64,000 bases of DNA. Source: Deltaproteobacteria bacterium (GTDB lineage: Bacteria > CG2-30-53-67). The stretch is taken from positions 1-64,000 of the forward strand of contig JAADIO010000035.1 in assembly GCA_013151235.1 (NCBI GenBank). Reading direction: 5' to 3'. The number at the start of each line of letters is the position of its first letter. Positions within the stretch are counted from its first letter, which is position 1. Both the position numbers and the translations under genes were made by a program. The notes under the pieces were generated by a model. That model saw nothing but the letters and a program-made list of their open reading frames with translations, was not told where the DNA came from and did no database searches. Shown piece after piece: positions 38,331 through 48,818 of this stretch.

Positions 38331-38611
38331 ACTTCTCCAGCAACCAGAAACCCGGAAGAAGGCCTTGTGAATCAAAGAGAAAGCCCGGAGTACCGGCACG
38401 ACCGAACGGGGAAGAACCCTCGTGTCGGATCAATATTCTGACAACCGTCAGATGTTCAACAAAAAAAGAAGAACCTTCCCCGGCCAGGAAAAACCGGAAC
38501 AGTGCTGCATCTGTTTCCGGCAAAATCGGGGGAAGCCCCGGAAAAAATTGGAGGTTGACGTGGAGGAGGTCCGACTGTATCCTGCCTCAAGGAAGGAGAC
38601 ATACACTGTTA

Positions 38612-39289
38612 ATGCGTATCCTGCTGATCGAAGATGACGCAAAAACGGCAGAGTTTATCCTGAAGGGATTGCGTCAGGAAAATTATGCTGTCGATCATAC
38701 AACAAACGGAGAGGACGGGCTCCACCAGGCCTGCACCACTCCCTACGATGCAGCGGTTGTTGACGTCATGCTTCCGAAGCTGGACGGATTGGAAGTCATC
38801 CGGAAGATGCGCAACCGGGGGGTACAAACCCCGGTGATCATTCTCAGCGCCCGAAGTACAGTGCATGACCGTGTTTGCGGTCTGCAGGCAGGAGGAGATG
38901 ACTACCTTGTCAAGCCCTTTGCCTTTTCGGAATTAACAGCCCGGATCCAGGCGCTTCTTCGCCGATCCGCACCCGTCAATACTCCGATGACCCTGAGCGT
39001 CGGAGACCTCACAATGGACCTGGTACGTCGCAAGATCTTCCGCGGGGGAGTTTCCATCGAACTTCAGCCAAAGGAGATGGCCCTGCTCGAATACCTGATG
39101 CGGAACACGGGAAGGGTGATCTCCAAAACCATGATCATGGAGCATGTCTGGGATTACAATTTCGATCCCCAGACGAATGTCGTGGAATCCCGGATCTGCC
39201 GCCTGCGCGACAAGATAGACCGTCCGTTCAGGGAAAAGCTGATCCACACCATCCGGGGTATCGGATATGTCCTCGAGAAAAAAACATAG
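38612..39289 (+). CDS. OmpR-family response regulator (CusR/CzcR-like)
   Basis: MRILLIEDD, DVMLPKLDG, DDYLVKPFAFSEL, VWDYNFDPQTNVVE, LIHTIRGIGY. Confidence 0.92.
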   Translation: MRILLIEDDAKTAEFILKGLRQENYAVDHTTNGEDGLHQACTTPYDAAVVDVMLPKLDGLEVIRKMRNRGVQTPVIILSARSTVHDRVCGLQAGGDDYLVKPFAFSELTARIQALLRRSAPVNTPMTLSVGDLTMDLVRRKIFRGGVSIELQPKEMALLEYLMRNTGRVISKTMIMEHVWDYNFDPQTNVVESRICRLRDKIDRPFREKLIHTIRGIGYVLEKKT

Positions 39290-40697
39290 ACCCTTCCGGA
39301 CCGTAACCTTCCGCCTCACCTTGGGATACGCGCTTCTTTTCAGCATCCTATCCGTAGCCGCCTTCGGCTGGGCATACATGGCGATCATATCCGGGTTCAA
39401 CGACCAGTTAGACCGCAACCTGAAGGGTGATACCGTAGAGTTCGAAACCCTCTACATGGAAAAGGGACTCGGCGCCCTGCAGAAGGAGTTCGACCGGGAA
39501 TCGGAATCGGACGGCAGGAACCGCGTATTCATGGAGCTGATCTCCGGGGACGGGAGGATACTGGCCGCATCGGACCTCGAGGCCTGGGGTTCCCTCCCTC
39601 CACGGCCCACCGCGGTGAAGGATAAACAGGAGCGGATCCGGTTCCGCACACTCACGCTTCCGGACCGGGAAGATCCCGTCCGCACCGTATGCAAGGAGAT
39701 CCCGGGCGGCAAGATCCTCCGCATAGGGAGGACCCGCGAAGAAAACGAAATCCTCGTGCGCAAGCTGAGGGAGATATTCGGAACCACATTGACCGTACTG
39801 ATCCTCCTCGGCGGACTGGGCGGCGGTGTGGCAGCGAGGCGTGCCATGGCAGGGGTGTCACGGGTCACGGAAACAGCCCTCAGGATCGGCCGGGGCCATC
39901 TATCCCGCAGGGTCCCGCCGGGCAACGAAGGAGAGGAGATCGAGGCCCTGGCCAGCGCCTTCAATGCCATGCTGGAACGTATCGACTCCCTCGTCTCAGG
40001 CCTGGAAGAGGTCATACACAACATCGCCCACGATCTGAGGAGCCCGCTGACGAGAATCCGCGGCATCGCCGAGACGACCCTGACCGGCCCGGATGACCCG
40101 GCAGCATACCGGGAGATGGCCGGAACGGTCGTGGAAGAGTGTGACCGCCTGGTCGGTCTTATCCAGACCCTGCTGGAGATAGCCGAAAACGATGCCGGCG
40201 CTGCGGAGATCCCCATGGCCGGGGTCGACATGGCCGGCCTGCTGAAGGATGCCGTCGAACTTTTCGAGGCGCCGGCCGAAGACAGGCGGATAGGGCTGGA
40301 AGCAAATATCTCCGGCGAACCGGTGCTTATCGACGGCGACCCGCGCCGTCTCCAGCGGGCCGTGGCAAACCTGCTCGACAACGCCATAAAGTACACCTCC
40401 CCGGGGGGGAGGATCAACGTATCGGCCCGCCGGGAGGATGGATCGGTCAGGATCGACATAACCGACACCGGAATCGGGATAGACCCGGACAAGCAATCCC
40501 GCATATTCGACCGTTTCTACCGCATCGCCCCGGCCCGCACCACTCCCGGGAACGGGCTCGGCCTGAGCCTCGCGCGATCCGTTATCAGGAGACACCACGG
40601 GGAGATCTCCGTCACCAGCACACCCGGAATGGGAAGCACCTTCACCATCCGGCTCCCCGCACGGAAGGATCATCCTGAAAATCATGATCCAGTATGA
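39267..40697 (+). CDS. Membrane sensor histidine kinase with HAMP domain
   Basis: Two TM segments; IAHDLRSPL, NLLDNAIKY, DTGIGI, GLGL. Confidence 0.92.
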   Translation: MSSRKKHRPFRTVTFRLTLGYALLFSILSVAAFGWAYMAIISGFNDQLDRNLKGDTVEFETLYMEKGLGALQKEFDRESESDGRNRVFMELISGDGRILAASDLEAWGSLPPRPTAVKDKQERIRFRTLTLPDREDPVRTVCKEIPGGKILRIGRTREENEILVRKLREIFGTTLTVLILLGGLGGGVAARRAMAGVSRVTETALRIGRGHLSRRVPPGNEGEEIEALASAFNAMLERIDSLVSGLEEVIHNIAHDLRSPLTRIRGIAETTLTGPDDPAAYREMAGTVVEECDRLVGLIQTLLEIAENDAGAAEIPMAGVDMAGLLKDAVELFEAPAEDRRIGLEANISGEPVLIDGDPRRLQRAVANLLDNAIKYTSPGGRINVSARREDGSVRIDITDTGIGIDPDKQSRIFDRFYRIAPARTTPGNGLGLSLARSVIRRHHGEISVTSTPGMGSTFTIRLPARKDHPENHDPV

Positions 40698-40709
40698 CCG
40701 GATTGTCAT
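40694..40709. promoter_or_regulatory. Putative CusR/CzcR-type binding box upstream of the arnT-like gene
   Basis: ATGAC-N6-GTCAT inverted repeat. Confidence 0.5.
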
Positions 40710-40782
40710 GTTGGGGTCACGGCGGGAGCAAAGAAGACTGTTATGATACGGCCTTGATGAATAATCCGGAGGGAAAGAGCCT

Positions 40783-42438
40783 GTGAAACGCGCGGTCCCG
40801 GTCGCCCTGTCGGCCTTAATCATGTTTTACATCCTGCCCCTGGGAATCCGTCCCCTCATGATTCCTGATGAAACACGCTACGCGGAGATCCCCCGGGAAA
40901 TGCTGCAAACCGGGGACTGGGTGGTCCCCCGCCTTGACGGTCTCCGTTATTTCGAGAAACCGGTCCTGGGATACTGGATCGAAGCGGGAGCACAGTCGCT
41001 CTTCGGGCAGAACCGGTTCGCCGCCCGTTTTCCTTCGGCCCTCTCCGCCCTCCTGACCGCCTGGATGCTTTTCATCCTTGTCCGCAGGTTCGGCGGGGGA
41101 AGGTTGCCGGGAATCACGGCATTCTTCATCTGCCTGACCAGCCTGGAGGTCTTCCTGTTGGGAACCTTCAATGTCCTGGACGGTCTTTTCAGCCTCTTCC
41201 TTACGGCGGCCATGGTCTTATTTTTCTTCGCCCACAGAGAAACCGGCCCATGGAAGAAAGGCCGCCTTCTCGCCCTCTCCGGCGCATCCTGCGGGCTGGC
41301 CTTCCTGACCAAGGGCTTCCTGGCATTCGCCATCCCGGTCGCGGCTGTCGTTCCATACATGATCATGGAACGCAGGACGAAAGAGCTGCTCCGGGTTTTC
41401 CTGATTCCCGCCGTTTCTGCCCTGCTGGTCGCACTCCCCTGGTCCCTGGCCGTCTTCCGCAGGGCGCCCGATTTCTGGAGGCACTTCTTCTGGGTGGAAC
41501 ACATAAGGCGATTCTTTTCCGGCGACCCGCAACATCCCCAGCCGTTCTGGTTCTTCGTGCCCGTACTCCTGGCGGGAGCGCTCCCGTGGTCCTTGCTTTT
41601 CCCGGCCGCCTTCCGCGGACTGAAGGGAAGACGCCCCATGGATCCGCTCACCCGGTTCGCCCTGTGCTGGCTCCTGTTCCCCTTCATTCTCCTCTCCGCC
41701 TCGCACGGCAAACTGATCACCTACATCCTCCCCTGCTATCCGCCCCTCGCCGTACTGTTAGCGTCCGGACTGCACGCATATCCCGCAAAGGAAGAAAAAA
41801 AAGCATTCACCGCGGCGGCACCGGCCGCGGCAGGCCTTGCAGCACTCCTTGCAGCGTTCCCGGTCTTCATCCGGTGGACCCGGCTTCCCGGAGTGCCGGG
41901 TTACGGACCCGGGGAGGCCATGAAATGGGCGGCCGCATCCCTTCTTCTACTGGGCGCAGCCCTCTTCTTTCTCTTTTCGGCGCGATCAGGGCAGCGGGAG
42001 AACCGGCCGGCGCTTTACACTATCGCCGCCTGTCTCATGCTGGCTTCCATATATTTTTCGGTCCCGGACCGGATCCTGCAGGCCAGGTCTCCGGGGCCTT
42101 TCCTGCTGAGTCACAAGAAGGAGGCAACGGGCAGGACCATCCTGGTCTCGGAGGGAGGGCTCGCACCGGCCCTTTGCTGGTACTACAAAAGGAACGATGT
42201 CCTCATCCTCGAAGACGAGGCGGGTGAGCTGAAGTACGGTCTTGGTTACCCCGATGCCGAAGACCATGGAATAAGCCTCGGGCGGCTCGCCGAACTCGTG
42301 CGCGAAACCTCCGGGACGGGCCGCCGGGTCGTCCTGGTCGGCAGGACCCGTCTGTACGAATCCTGGAGGAAGGTCCTTCCCGAACCGGTCAGTGAAGAGA
42401 AAGATGTGACGGGGACATTCATCATCGCCGGGTTCTGA
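40783..42438 (+). CDS. ArnT-family lipid-carrier-dependent glycosyltransferase
   Basis: PDETRYAEIPREM, YFEKPVLGYW, LTKG, EHIRRF, KLITYILP, GELKYGL. Confidence 0.88.
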   Translation: MKRAVPVALSALIMFYILPLGIRPLMIPDETRYAEIPREMLQTGDWVVPRLDGLRYFEKPVLGYWIEAGAQSLFGQNRFAARFPSALSALLTAWMLFILVRRFGGGRLPGITAFFICLTSLEVFLLGTFNVLDGLFSLFLTAAMVLFFFAHRETGPWKKGRLLALSGASCGLAFLTKGFLAFAIPVAAVVPYMIMERRTKELLRVFLIPAVSALLVALPWSLAVFRRAPDFWRHFFWVEHIRRFFSGDPQHPQPFWFFVPVLLAGALPWSLLFPAAFRGLKGRRPMDPLTRFALCWLLFPFILLSASHGKLITYILPCYPPLAVLLASGLHAYPAKEEKKAFTAAAPAAAGLAALLAAFPVFIRWTRLPGVPGYGPGEAMKWAAASLLLLGAALFFLFSARSGQRENRPALYTIAACLMLASIYFSVPDRILQARSPGPFLLSHKKEATGRTILVSEGGLAPALCWYYKRNDVLILEDEAGELKYGLGYPDAEDHGISLGRLAELVRETSGTGRRVVLVGRTRLYESWRKVLPEPVSEEKDVTGTFIIAGF

Positions 42439-42478
42439 CCCATGACGGGCGGGGCCCTTTCCGGAAAGATGTGAAATC

Positions 42479-43867
42479 ATGAACTGCCTGCTGAAGAACA
42501 TTGCGCCTGTCCTGCTCATCCTCTCCGGCTGCGCCCTCTACCACCCGCTGCCGCTGACCCCGGCGAGTGTATCGGCTGCGCTGGCCCCGCCGGAGATGGG
42601 CAAGGTCCGCATCCTGGCAAAGAGACTGAAACACCCGATCCTGAAACCGATTGCTTTCGATGAACGGGACGGGCTCTCACCAGACGAGGCCGCCGTCCTC
42701 GCCGTGATCGCCAACCCGGGCCTTCGCGCTGTCCGGGACGAACGGGGTATCGCCGCGGCACAGCTCATCCAGGCCGGGATCCTGCCCAACCCCGTCCTTT
42801 CCCTCAGCATGGAGCACCCGACAGGCGGTCTGACGGCGGGAACCACGGACGCCTACGGCTCGCAGCTCGACTGGGAGATCACGTCGCTCATCACCTACGC
42901 CTCCAGGAAGAAGGCCGCCGCGGCGAAGGCGAAGGCCGTCGATCTTTCCGTGGCGTGGCGGGAATGGCAGGTCGCCCAGGCGGCCAGGCTTCACTGCCTG
43001 AGGCTCCACTGGACCGGGAAGAAGATCTCCCTGCTTGAAGCATCACGCAAAGATCTTCTCAGGACCGTGAAAACGGTTGAGACGGCGGTGGCAATAGGGG
43101 CAAAGACCGGGGTGGACCTCGCCGCGGCGAAGGCCGAGCTGAACGGGACCAAAACCCGCCTGGCGCGGATGGAGGGGGAACGTGAGAAGGAGCGACTCGC
43201 CCTGAACCGGGCCGCGGGATTCCCGCCGGGGCGGGTCCTCCCCATCGAGGACGTATCGCCCTCCACCGTATGGCTGGAGAAGTACGGGACAGCGCAGCCA
43301 CGCCCGGAGCGGAGCCGTCTTGACCTGATCGCGCTGAGGATGGGATACGAAAGCCGGGAGGCGGAGTTGAGGGCGGCGGTACTCTCCCAGTTCCCGAAGA
43401 TCGGAATCGGCCTGATCCACGCCCGGGACACGGGGGACGTGATCACCACCGGCCCGGCCGTCACCTTCGAGTTCCCCCTCTTCGACCGGAACCGGGGACG
43501 GATCGCGCTGGAGCAGGCCACGCGGAAGAAACTCTTCGACGAATATACGGCCCGGGTCTTTGAGGCCCGCTCCGAGATCGCCGGGATCATGAAGATGGCG
43601 AAGAACCTGCGGACCATGATCGAACTGGGAAGAGAGGCCATACGGGTCCAGAGGCACCTTGTCAGGACCTACGGAGCAGCGCTCAACCAGGGGAACGCCG
43701 ATATCCTCAGTTACTACGGGGCCGCAAACAGGCTCAGGGAAAAGGAGTTGGAACTGGCGGACCTGCAGGAGAAGATGACCGATCTCGGTGTCGCCCTCGA
43801 ATCTGCATTGGGCAGGCCTGTTCCCCTCTTCAGGAAACACCGTCCCGCACAGGGGGTGAAACCATGA
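42479..43867 (+). CDS. TolC-family outer membrane efflux lipoprotein
   Basis: LSGC lipobox; ANPGLRA, LPNP, PLFDRNRG. Confidence 0.88.
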   Translation: MNCLLKNIAPVLLILSGCALYHPLPLTPASVSAALAPPEMGKVRILAKRLKHPILKPIAFDERDGLSPDEAAVLAVIANPGLRAVRDERGIAAAQLIQAGILPNPVLSLSMEHPTGGLTAGTTDAYGSQLDWEITSLITYASRKKAAAAKAKAVDLSVAWREWQVAQAARLHCLRLHWTGKKISLLEASRKDLLRTVKTVETAVAIGAKTGVDLAAAKAELNGTKTRLARMEGEREKERLALNRAAGFPPGRVLPIEDVSPSTVWLEKYGTAQPRPERSRLDLIALRMGYESREAELRAAVLSQFPKIGIGLIHARDTGDVITTGPAVTFEFPLFDRNRGRIALEQATRKKLFDEYTARVFEARSEIAGIMKMAKNLRTMIELGREAIRVQRHLVRTYGAALNQGNADILSYYGAANRLREKELELADLQEKMTDLGVALESALGRPVPLFRKHRPAQGVKP

Positions 43868-44087
43868 GAACGCTTCTTGCCGGGTACGGCCGGGCAGGAT
43901 TTTCCCCCGAGGAGGCACTGATCCAGGCGGGGAAGAACCGTATGCGCCCCATCGCCAGGACCACCGCAGCGGCGATCCTGGCGCTGATGCCCCTATTTCA
44001 GACCTTACGGTACAGATGTTCCTGGTCCTGATGGTTCTCCCGGTACCGGTCCGGGTTCTCATGGAGGGAAAGAAAAGAGGAGAATGA
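43864..44087 (+). pseudogene. Deletion remnant of an RND permease (C-terminal helices)
   Basis: EEALIQAGKNRMRPIARTTAAAILALMP, then frameshifted ISDLTVQMFLVLMVLP...; ATGA overlaps at both ends. Confidence 0.75.
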
Positions 44088-45190
44088 AATTGAAGAAGAA
44101 GATCTCGGTCCTTCCGGCCGTCGCCGCGATGATCCTCCTCGCCACCGCCGCCGTGACGGGGTACAGATGCAACAGCCGCCTCTCTCCCGGCGGAAACGCC
44201 CCTCCCCACCGGAGGGCCGGACCGGGCCGGATCCGGACGGTCACCCCCGGACGGAGGAGTTTCACCGTCCGGATCCCGTGGTTCGGAAAGGTGGAGAGCA
44301 AGACCGCCGTTTCCATCATCGCACCGGAGAGGGGACGGATCGTTTCCGTGGATGCCCCCGATGAATCAACCGTAATGAAGGGAACGGTCCTGTTCACTCT
44401 CGGCGGACCGCGGATCCGGGCGCGTTCCGCGACCCTGCGGGCAAGGATCGCCTCCCTCCGCAGGCAGGCCGCCCTGGCGGGAGAGATCGTGACCCTGAAA
44501 CGGGAGGCGGTCGCCGGGAAGATGGCCCGCAGGGAAGAGCTCCTCTCCGCGGAGGAATCCCTCGCACGCATCAGATCAAGGCTGAAGGCAGCCGAAGAAG
44601 AACGGGCCGCCCTGCGGCGGATGATCCGGATCCGGGCGCCCCGGGAGGGGGTGATGACAAGGCGCCGCGTCAACCCCGGCCAGGAGGTAGGGAAGGGAGC
44701 GGTCCTGGCCGAACTGGTCCCGGCGGGATCCCTGAGGATCGCGGCCACCCTGTTTCCACCCGGGAATGTCGCTCTCACCGGGCTTTCCGCCGTTGCGGAG
44801 CCCGCATCCGGCGGGTCCGTCTCCGTGACCGTCACGAAGGTATTGCCGCAACGCACGAAGGAAGGCGCCTCCACGGTCTGGCTGGAAGGCCCGGATGTTG
44901 ACGGGCACTTCGCCCCGGGGGAGTCCGTGTCGGGTCATCTGATCCTTGCCCGGCATGAAAAGGCCCTCGCCATCCCCCGCCCTGCCGTCGTCTACGACGA
45001 CAGGGAACGGCCCTTCGTCTTCGTGAAGAGACCGGATGGATATCACCGGCAGCCGGTGAAGACGGGTGAGACAGAAGGCGGCTGGGTGGAGATCAAAGAG
45101 GGGGTCGGGGAGAAGGACCGGGTGGTCGTGGAGGGGGCCTATGAACTCTTCTACCGTGACTTCAACCGTATCTACAAGGTCGAGGACTGA
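44084..45190 (+). CDS. RND efflux periplasmic adaptor (MFP)
   Basis: N-terminal TM, lipoyl halves, coiled coil; ALAIPRPAV, VEIKEGV, VVVEGAY. Confidence 0.88.
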   Translation: MKLKKKISVLPAVAAMILLATAAVTGYRCNSRLSPGGNAPPHRRAGPGRIRTVTPGRRSFTVRIPWFGKVESKTAVSIIAPERGRIVSVDAPDESTVMKGTVLFTLGGPRIRARSATLRARIASLRRQAALAGEIVTLKREAVAGKMARREELLSAEESLARIRSRLKAAEEERAALRRMIRIRAPREGVMTRRRVNPGQEVGKGAVLAELVPAGSLRIAATLFPPGNVALTGLSAVAEPASGGSVSVTVTKVLPQRTKEGASTVWLEGPDVDGHFAPGESVSGHLILARHEKALAIPRPAVVYDDRERPFVFVKRPDGYHRQPVKTGETEGGWVEIKEGVGEKDRVVVEGAYELFYRDFNRIYKVED

Positions 45191-45217
45191 CGGATTCGGG
45201 ATGAGTCCGTCCGTGAG

Positions 45218-48200
45218 GTGCAACCGATGCGGAGTTTCCTGCGTTTCATAATCAGAAATCCCATGGCCGTGATCCTGGCGGCCGCCGCCATGAGTCTCGG
45301 CGGCATCTACTCGGCCCGGCACATGCCGGTCGATCTCTTCCCCGACCTCAACATCCCCGTCGTCAACATCATCACCCACGATCCCGGGGCGGCGCCGGAA
45401 GAGATGGAACGGCTCGTCTCCCGGCCGATCGAGGACGCGGTCCGGTCCATCGTAGGCGTGAAACGTGTGGCCTCCATCTCCGTGCAGGGGATCTCCCGGG
45501 TCACCGTGGAATTCACGCGGGGAACCACGGTCCGCGATGCCCGGCAGCTGATCCAGGCCCGGCTGGGACGGGTCGGCGCAGCCCTCCCGGCGGGTGTCAT
45601 CCCGCGGCTCGAAAGCATCGGCACCACCCTCCAGGAGGTCTGCGGTTACATCCTCTACGGGGCCGGCGACCCGGTCACCCTGCGAAGTATCGTCCGCCAC
45701 GAACTGTCGAGCAGGATCATGGAAGTGGACGGGGTCTCCTCGGTGGAGGTCCTCGGAGGGGACCGGCGGGCCTTCGATGTGGAGATCGAACCCGGGACGC
45801 TGATCCGTCTCCGTATCGGCATCGACGATATCCTCGCCCTCCTGAAAAGATCGAACCGGTCGGTGATCGCCGGGTATATCGACCGGTCCGGCCGGGAATA
45901 CTTGATCCGCGGCGACGCGCGCATCCGGACACTCGGCGATATCCGCTCCCTCCCGGTCCCGCTTCCGGGGGGACGATCCGTGCGGCTGGGGTCGATCGCG
46001 AAGATCCGGGAAGGCCGCGTGCCGAGACACTACACGGTCCACGGAGACGGTGTCCCGGCAGTTGCAATGATCGTGCGCAAACAGCCGGGGGCAAGCACGG
46101 TCCGGGTGGCGGAGGGTGTTGAAAGAACGATCCGTGCCCTGGCTCATCTCCTGCCGCCGGGGACCCGGGTGAAGAAGTTCTACGATCAATCGGAGATCAT
46201 CCGGGAGTCGCAGGGGGAGATCCTGCGGGATCTCCTGATCGGGGCCGGGCTGGTCATCCTGGTCCTCTACCTCTTCCTCGGATCGTTCCGGCCGACCTGG
46301 ATCGTGGCACTGACCATCCCCGTCACCTTTCTTGCCACCCTCGCCGTCCTCGGCGCGGCGGGGGAAGGACTCAACATGATCACCATGACGGCGCTGGCGC
46401 TCGCCGTCGGCATGATCGTGGACGATGCCATCGTCGTGATGGAGAGCATCTGCCGGCACGGCAGCCTGACATCCTCGGCACGGGATGCGAGTATCGAGGG
46501 AACGCTTCAGATCGCGGGTCCCGACGCCTCGGGGACACTGACCACCGTGGCGGCGTTCCTGCCGATGGTGATCGTCACCGGGATCACGGCGCTTTTCCTC
46601 CGGCCCTTCGGAATCACGGTCAGCGCCGCCCTCCTCGTCTCCCTCGCTCTATCCCTGACCCTGGTGCCGGTTCTTGCCGGCCGCAGCCCCTCGACCGTCT
46701 TCCGGCGGAACGGCTTTCCCGGCGCCCGGCTGATCGCCCGGCTCGACGGGATGCTCCAGACCGTCCTGAGGTTCTCCTTCCGGCACAGAGTGACGGTCCC
46801 GGCCCTTGCCGTTCTTTCTCTCGCCATCGCAGGGCTTCTCGCCTGCCACAGCAAGGTCTCCCTTCTGCCGCCCGTCGACGAGGGGGCCATCCTCGCGGAA
46901 TACACCATGCCGCCGGGCACGTCCCTTTCCGAAAGCAACCGGATCGGGGGAATCGCCGAACGGATCGCCCTGGCGGACCCGGACGTCTCGTCCGTCTACC
47001 GGAGGACGGGTTCCCCCGGCATCGGCTACCAGATCGAAGGGGTCAACCGCGGGGAGCTGCTGATCAAGCTGAAGCCGAAATCCGCACGGACCCGGCGGGT
47101 CACGGAGATCATCCGTTCCCTGAAGGGCTCCTATTCGAAACTGCGGGGAGCCGTCTTCATCTACCACCAGCCGACGCAGGAGAAGATCGACGAAAGCTTT
47201 TCAGGACTACCGGCGCTCTTCGGTGTCACGGTCTACGGGGACGACATGGAGACCCTGACCGGACTGGCCGGACGGGTGGAAGAGATCCTCGCCGGAGAAC
47301 CGGGGATCTCGAATGTCGTAAACAACACGAAGATCAAGGTCCCGGAGATCCATGTCCGGATCGAACCCCGCCGTCTCGAACAGTACGGAGTCAGCACCGG
47401 TCCTCTGCTGGACACGATCCGGGCCGCCCGCTTCGGCATAGAGGGAACACGGATCATCCGGCAGAAGGAGGTGGTCTCCGTAAGGGTCCGGATCAGGACG
47501 CACGGTCCGCTGGATCTCCGGAAACTCCGGGATCTGCCGGTCGGAACCGCCGGCGGCGGCTGGGTCCCGCTGAAACGACTCGCGGAGATCACCATCGACC
47601 ACGCCCCGGCCGCCGTCACACGACTGAACGGCCGCCGGGAGATCACCCTCGTCGCCGAGGTGGAGGGGAACATCCCCGCTGCGGTCCGGCGGCTGCGCAA
47701 ACGGTTCCGCTCCATCCCCCTGCCGGAAGGGTACAGCATCGGCTTCACGGGACAGTACCGGGTACTCATGAAAACGATGCACGACATCATCCTGGCGCTT
47801 GTCACGGCGGTTCTCCTTATCTACCTCATCATGGTCATGCAGTTCAAGTCATGGCTCCAGCCGCTGATCATCCTTGCGGCCGTTCCCCTGTCGCTGGCCG
47901 GCGCGCTGGCCGCGGTCTTTCTCACGGGACACGCAATCGACCTGTCCGTCGGCATGGGGGCCCTCACGCTGGCAGGGATAGCCGTCAACAACGGCATTCT
48001 CCTGATCGACACCGCCAACCGGGAAGCGGCCTCGGGCAAGGATATGGCCGGGGCCATCATCGCTGCCGCCTCCGTGCGTCTCCGGCCGATCCTCCTGACG
48101 AGCCTGACCACCATCGCCGCGCTGCTCCCCTCCGCGGCCGGTCTCTCCGCCGGTTCCAGAATCTTTCAACCCTTCGCGGTCTCGGTGATCGGCGGGCTGA

Positions 48201-48301
48201 TCACCGCCACATTCGGCACACTCGTCGTGATCCCCACGCTGGCACTTTCCCGAAAACTCGTTCCGGATGCCCCGACGAAAAATCATCAGGTTGCAGATTG
48301 A
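45218..48301 (+). CDS. RND efflux permease (CusA/AcrB superfamily)
   Basis: MPVDLFPDL, VGMIVDDAIV, GIAVNNGIL, RLRPILLT; start may be ATG 45227. Confidence 0.93.
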   Translation: MQPMRSFLRFIIRNPMAVILAAAAMSLGGIYSARHMPVDLFPDLNIPVVNIITHDPGAAPEEMERLVSRPIEDAVRSIVGVKRVASISVQGISRVTVEFTRGTTVRDARQLIQARLGRVGAALPAGVIPRLESIGTTLQEVCGYILYGAGDPVTLRSIVRHELSSRIMEVDGVSSVEVLGGDRRAFDVEIEPGTLIRLRIGIDDILALLKRSNRSVIAGYIDRSGREYLIRGDARIRTLGDIRSLPVPLPGGRSVRLGSIAKIREGRVPRHYTVHGDGVPAVAMIVRKQPGASTVRVAEGVERTIRALAHLLPPGTRVKKFYDQSEIIRESQGEILRDLLIGAGLVILVLYLFLGSFRPTWIVALTIPVTFLATLAVLGAAGEGLNMITMTALALAVGMIVDDAIVVMESICRHGSLTSSARDASIEGTLQIAGPDASGTLTTVAAFLPMVIVTGITALFLRPFGITVSAALLVSLALSLTLVPVLAGRSPSTVFRRNGFPGARLIARLDGMLQTVLRFSFRHRVTVPALAVLSLAIAGLLACHSKVSLLPPVDEGAILAEYTMPPGTSLSESNRIGGIAERIALADPDVSSVYRRTGSPGIGYQIEGVNRGELLIKLKPKSARTRRVTEIIRSLKGSYSKLRGAVFIYHQPTQEKIDESFSGLPALFGVTVYGDDMETLTGLAGRVEEILAGEPGISNVVNNTKIKVPEIHVRIEPRRLEQYGVSTGPLLDTIRAARFGIEGTRIIRQKEVVSVRVRIRTHGPLDLRKLRDLPVGTAGGGWVPLKRLAEITIDHAPAAVTRLNGRREITLVAEVEGNIPAAVRRLRKRFRSIPLPEGYSIGFTGQYRVLMKTMHDIILALVTAVLLIYLIMVMQFKSWLQPLIILAAVPLSLAGALAAVFLTGHAIDLSVGMGALTLAGIAVNNGILLIDTANREAASGKDMAGAIIAAASVRLRPILLTSLTTIAALLPSAAGLSAGSRIFQPFAVSVIGGLITATFGTLVVIPTLALSRKLVPDAPTKNHQVAD

Positions 48302-48326
48302 CAAATCTGATGTTCTTTGTTATATT
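48298..48326 (+). promoter_or_regulatory. Putative sigma70 promoter
   Basis: TTGACA-17 nt-TATATT with TG extension. Confidence 0.6.
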
Positions 48327-48350
48327 TCATTGCAGTAGCGAGCGGAAAAA

Positions 48351-48818
48351 ATGGCTGTGACACAGGGACACAACAAAACGTTTCGCAAGGCACTGACGTG
48401 GGTCTGCATTTTCTTTCTTATTCAGACCCTGCCTGCTCTCCTTGGAATGTCTTTTCCGGGAGAAATGGGTGTAGGTGCGGTTTCTGCAGCCGTCTTCGGC
48501 GAGAGAAGATCAGCACCGGAATCCTTACTTTCCTCTTCCCGACTTTCGGACTCGGCACAAGATTTTTCGGCCTTTACGCTCTTGCAGTTTCCTCTTCTGC
48601 ATGATCAGGCCGCCAGACCGTCGGCTCTTTCGGGAGACGCAGAGATTCCCTTTCCCTCAAGGGACCCGGATAATCTGGATGATCTTCCGACCTCTGCCAG
48701 AACACATCGGGCTTTCCGGACTTTCCCCGGGGAAAAGACAAGCGCCCTTCCGACGTTGTTTTGTATATCCGCCCGTTCCAATGCAATCTTTCTTTTTAAT
48801 CAGGCCTTTCGAATTTAA
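48351..48818 (+). CDS. Hypothetical protein with N-terminal hydrophobic segment and low-complexity linker
   Basis: ATG 24 nt after the predicted -10; ends IFLFNQAFRI. Confidence 0.5.
   Translation: MAVTQGHNKTFRKALTWVCIFFLIQTLPALLGMSFPGEMGVGAVSAAVFGERRSAPESLLSSSRLSDSAQDFSAFTLLQFPLLHDQAARPSALSGDAEIPFPSRDPDNLDDLPTSARTHRAFRTFPGEKTSALPTLFCISARSNAIFLFNQAFRI

Noticed and set aside
44576-46459. 627-aa minus-strand ORF
   Set aside because: Antisense shadow of the MFP and RND genes
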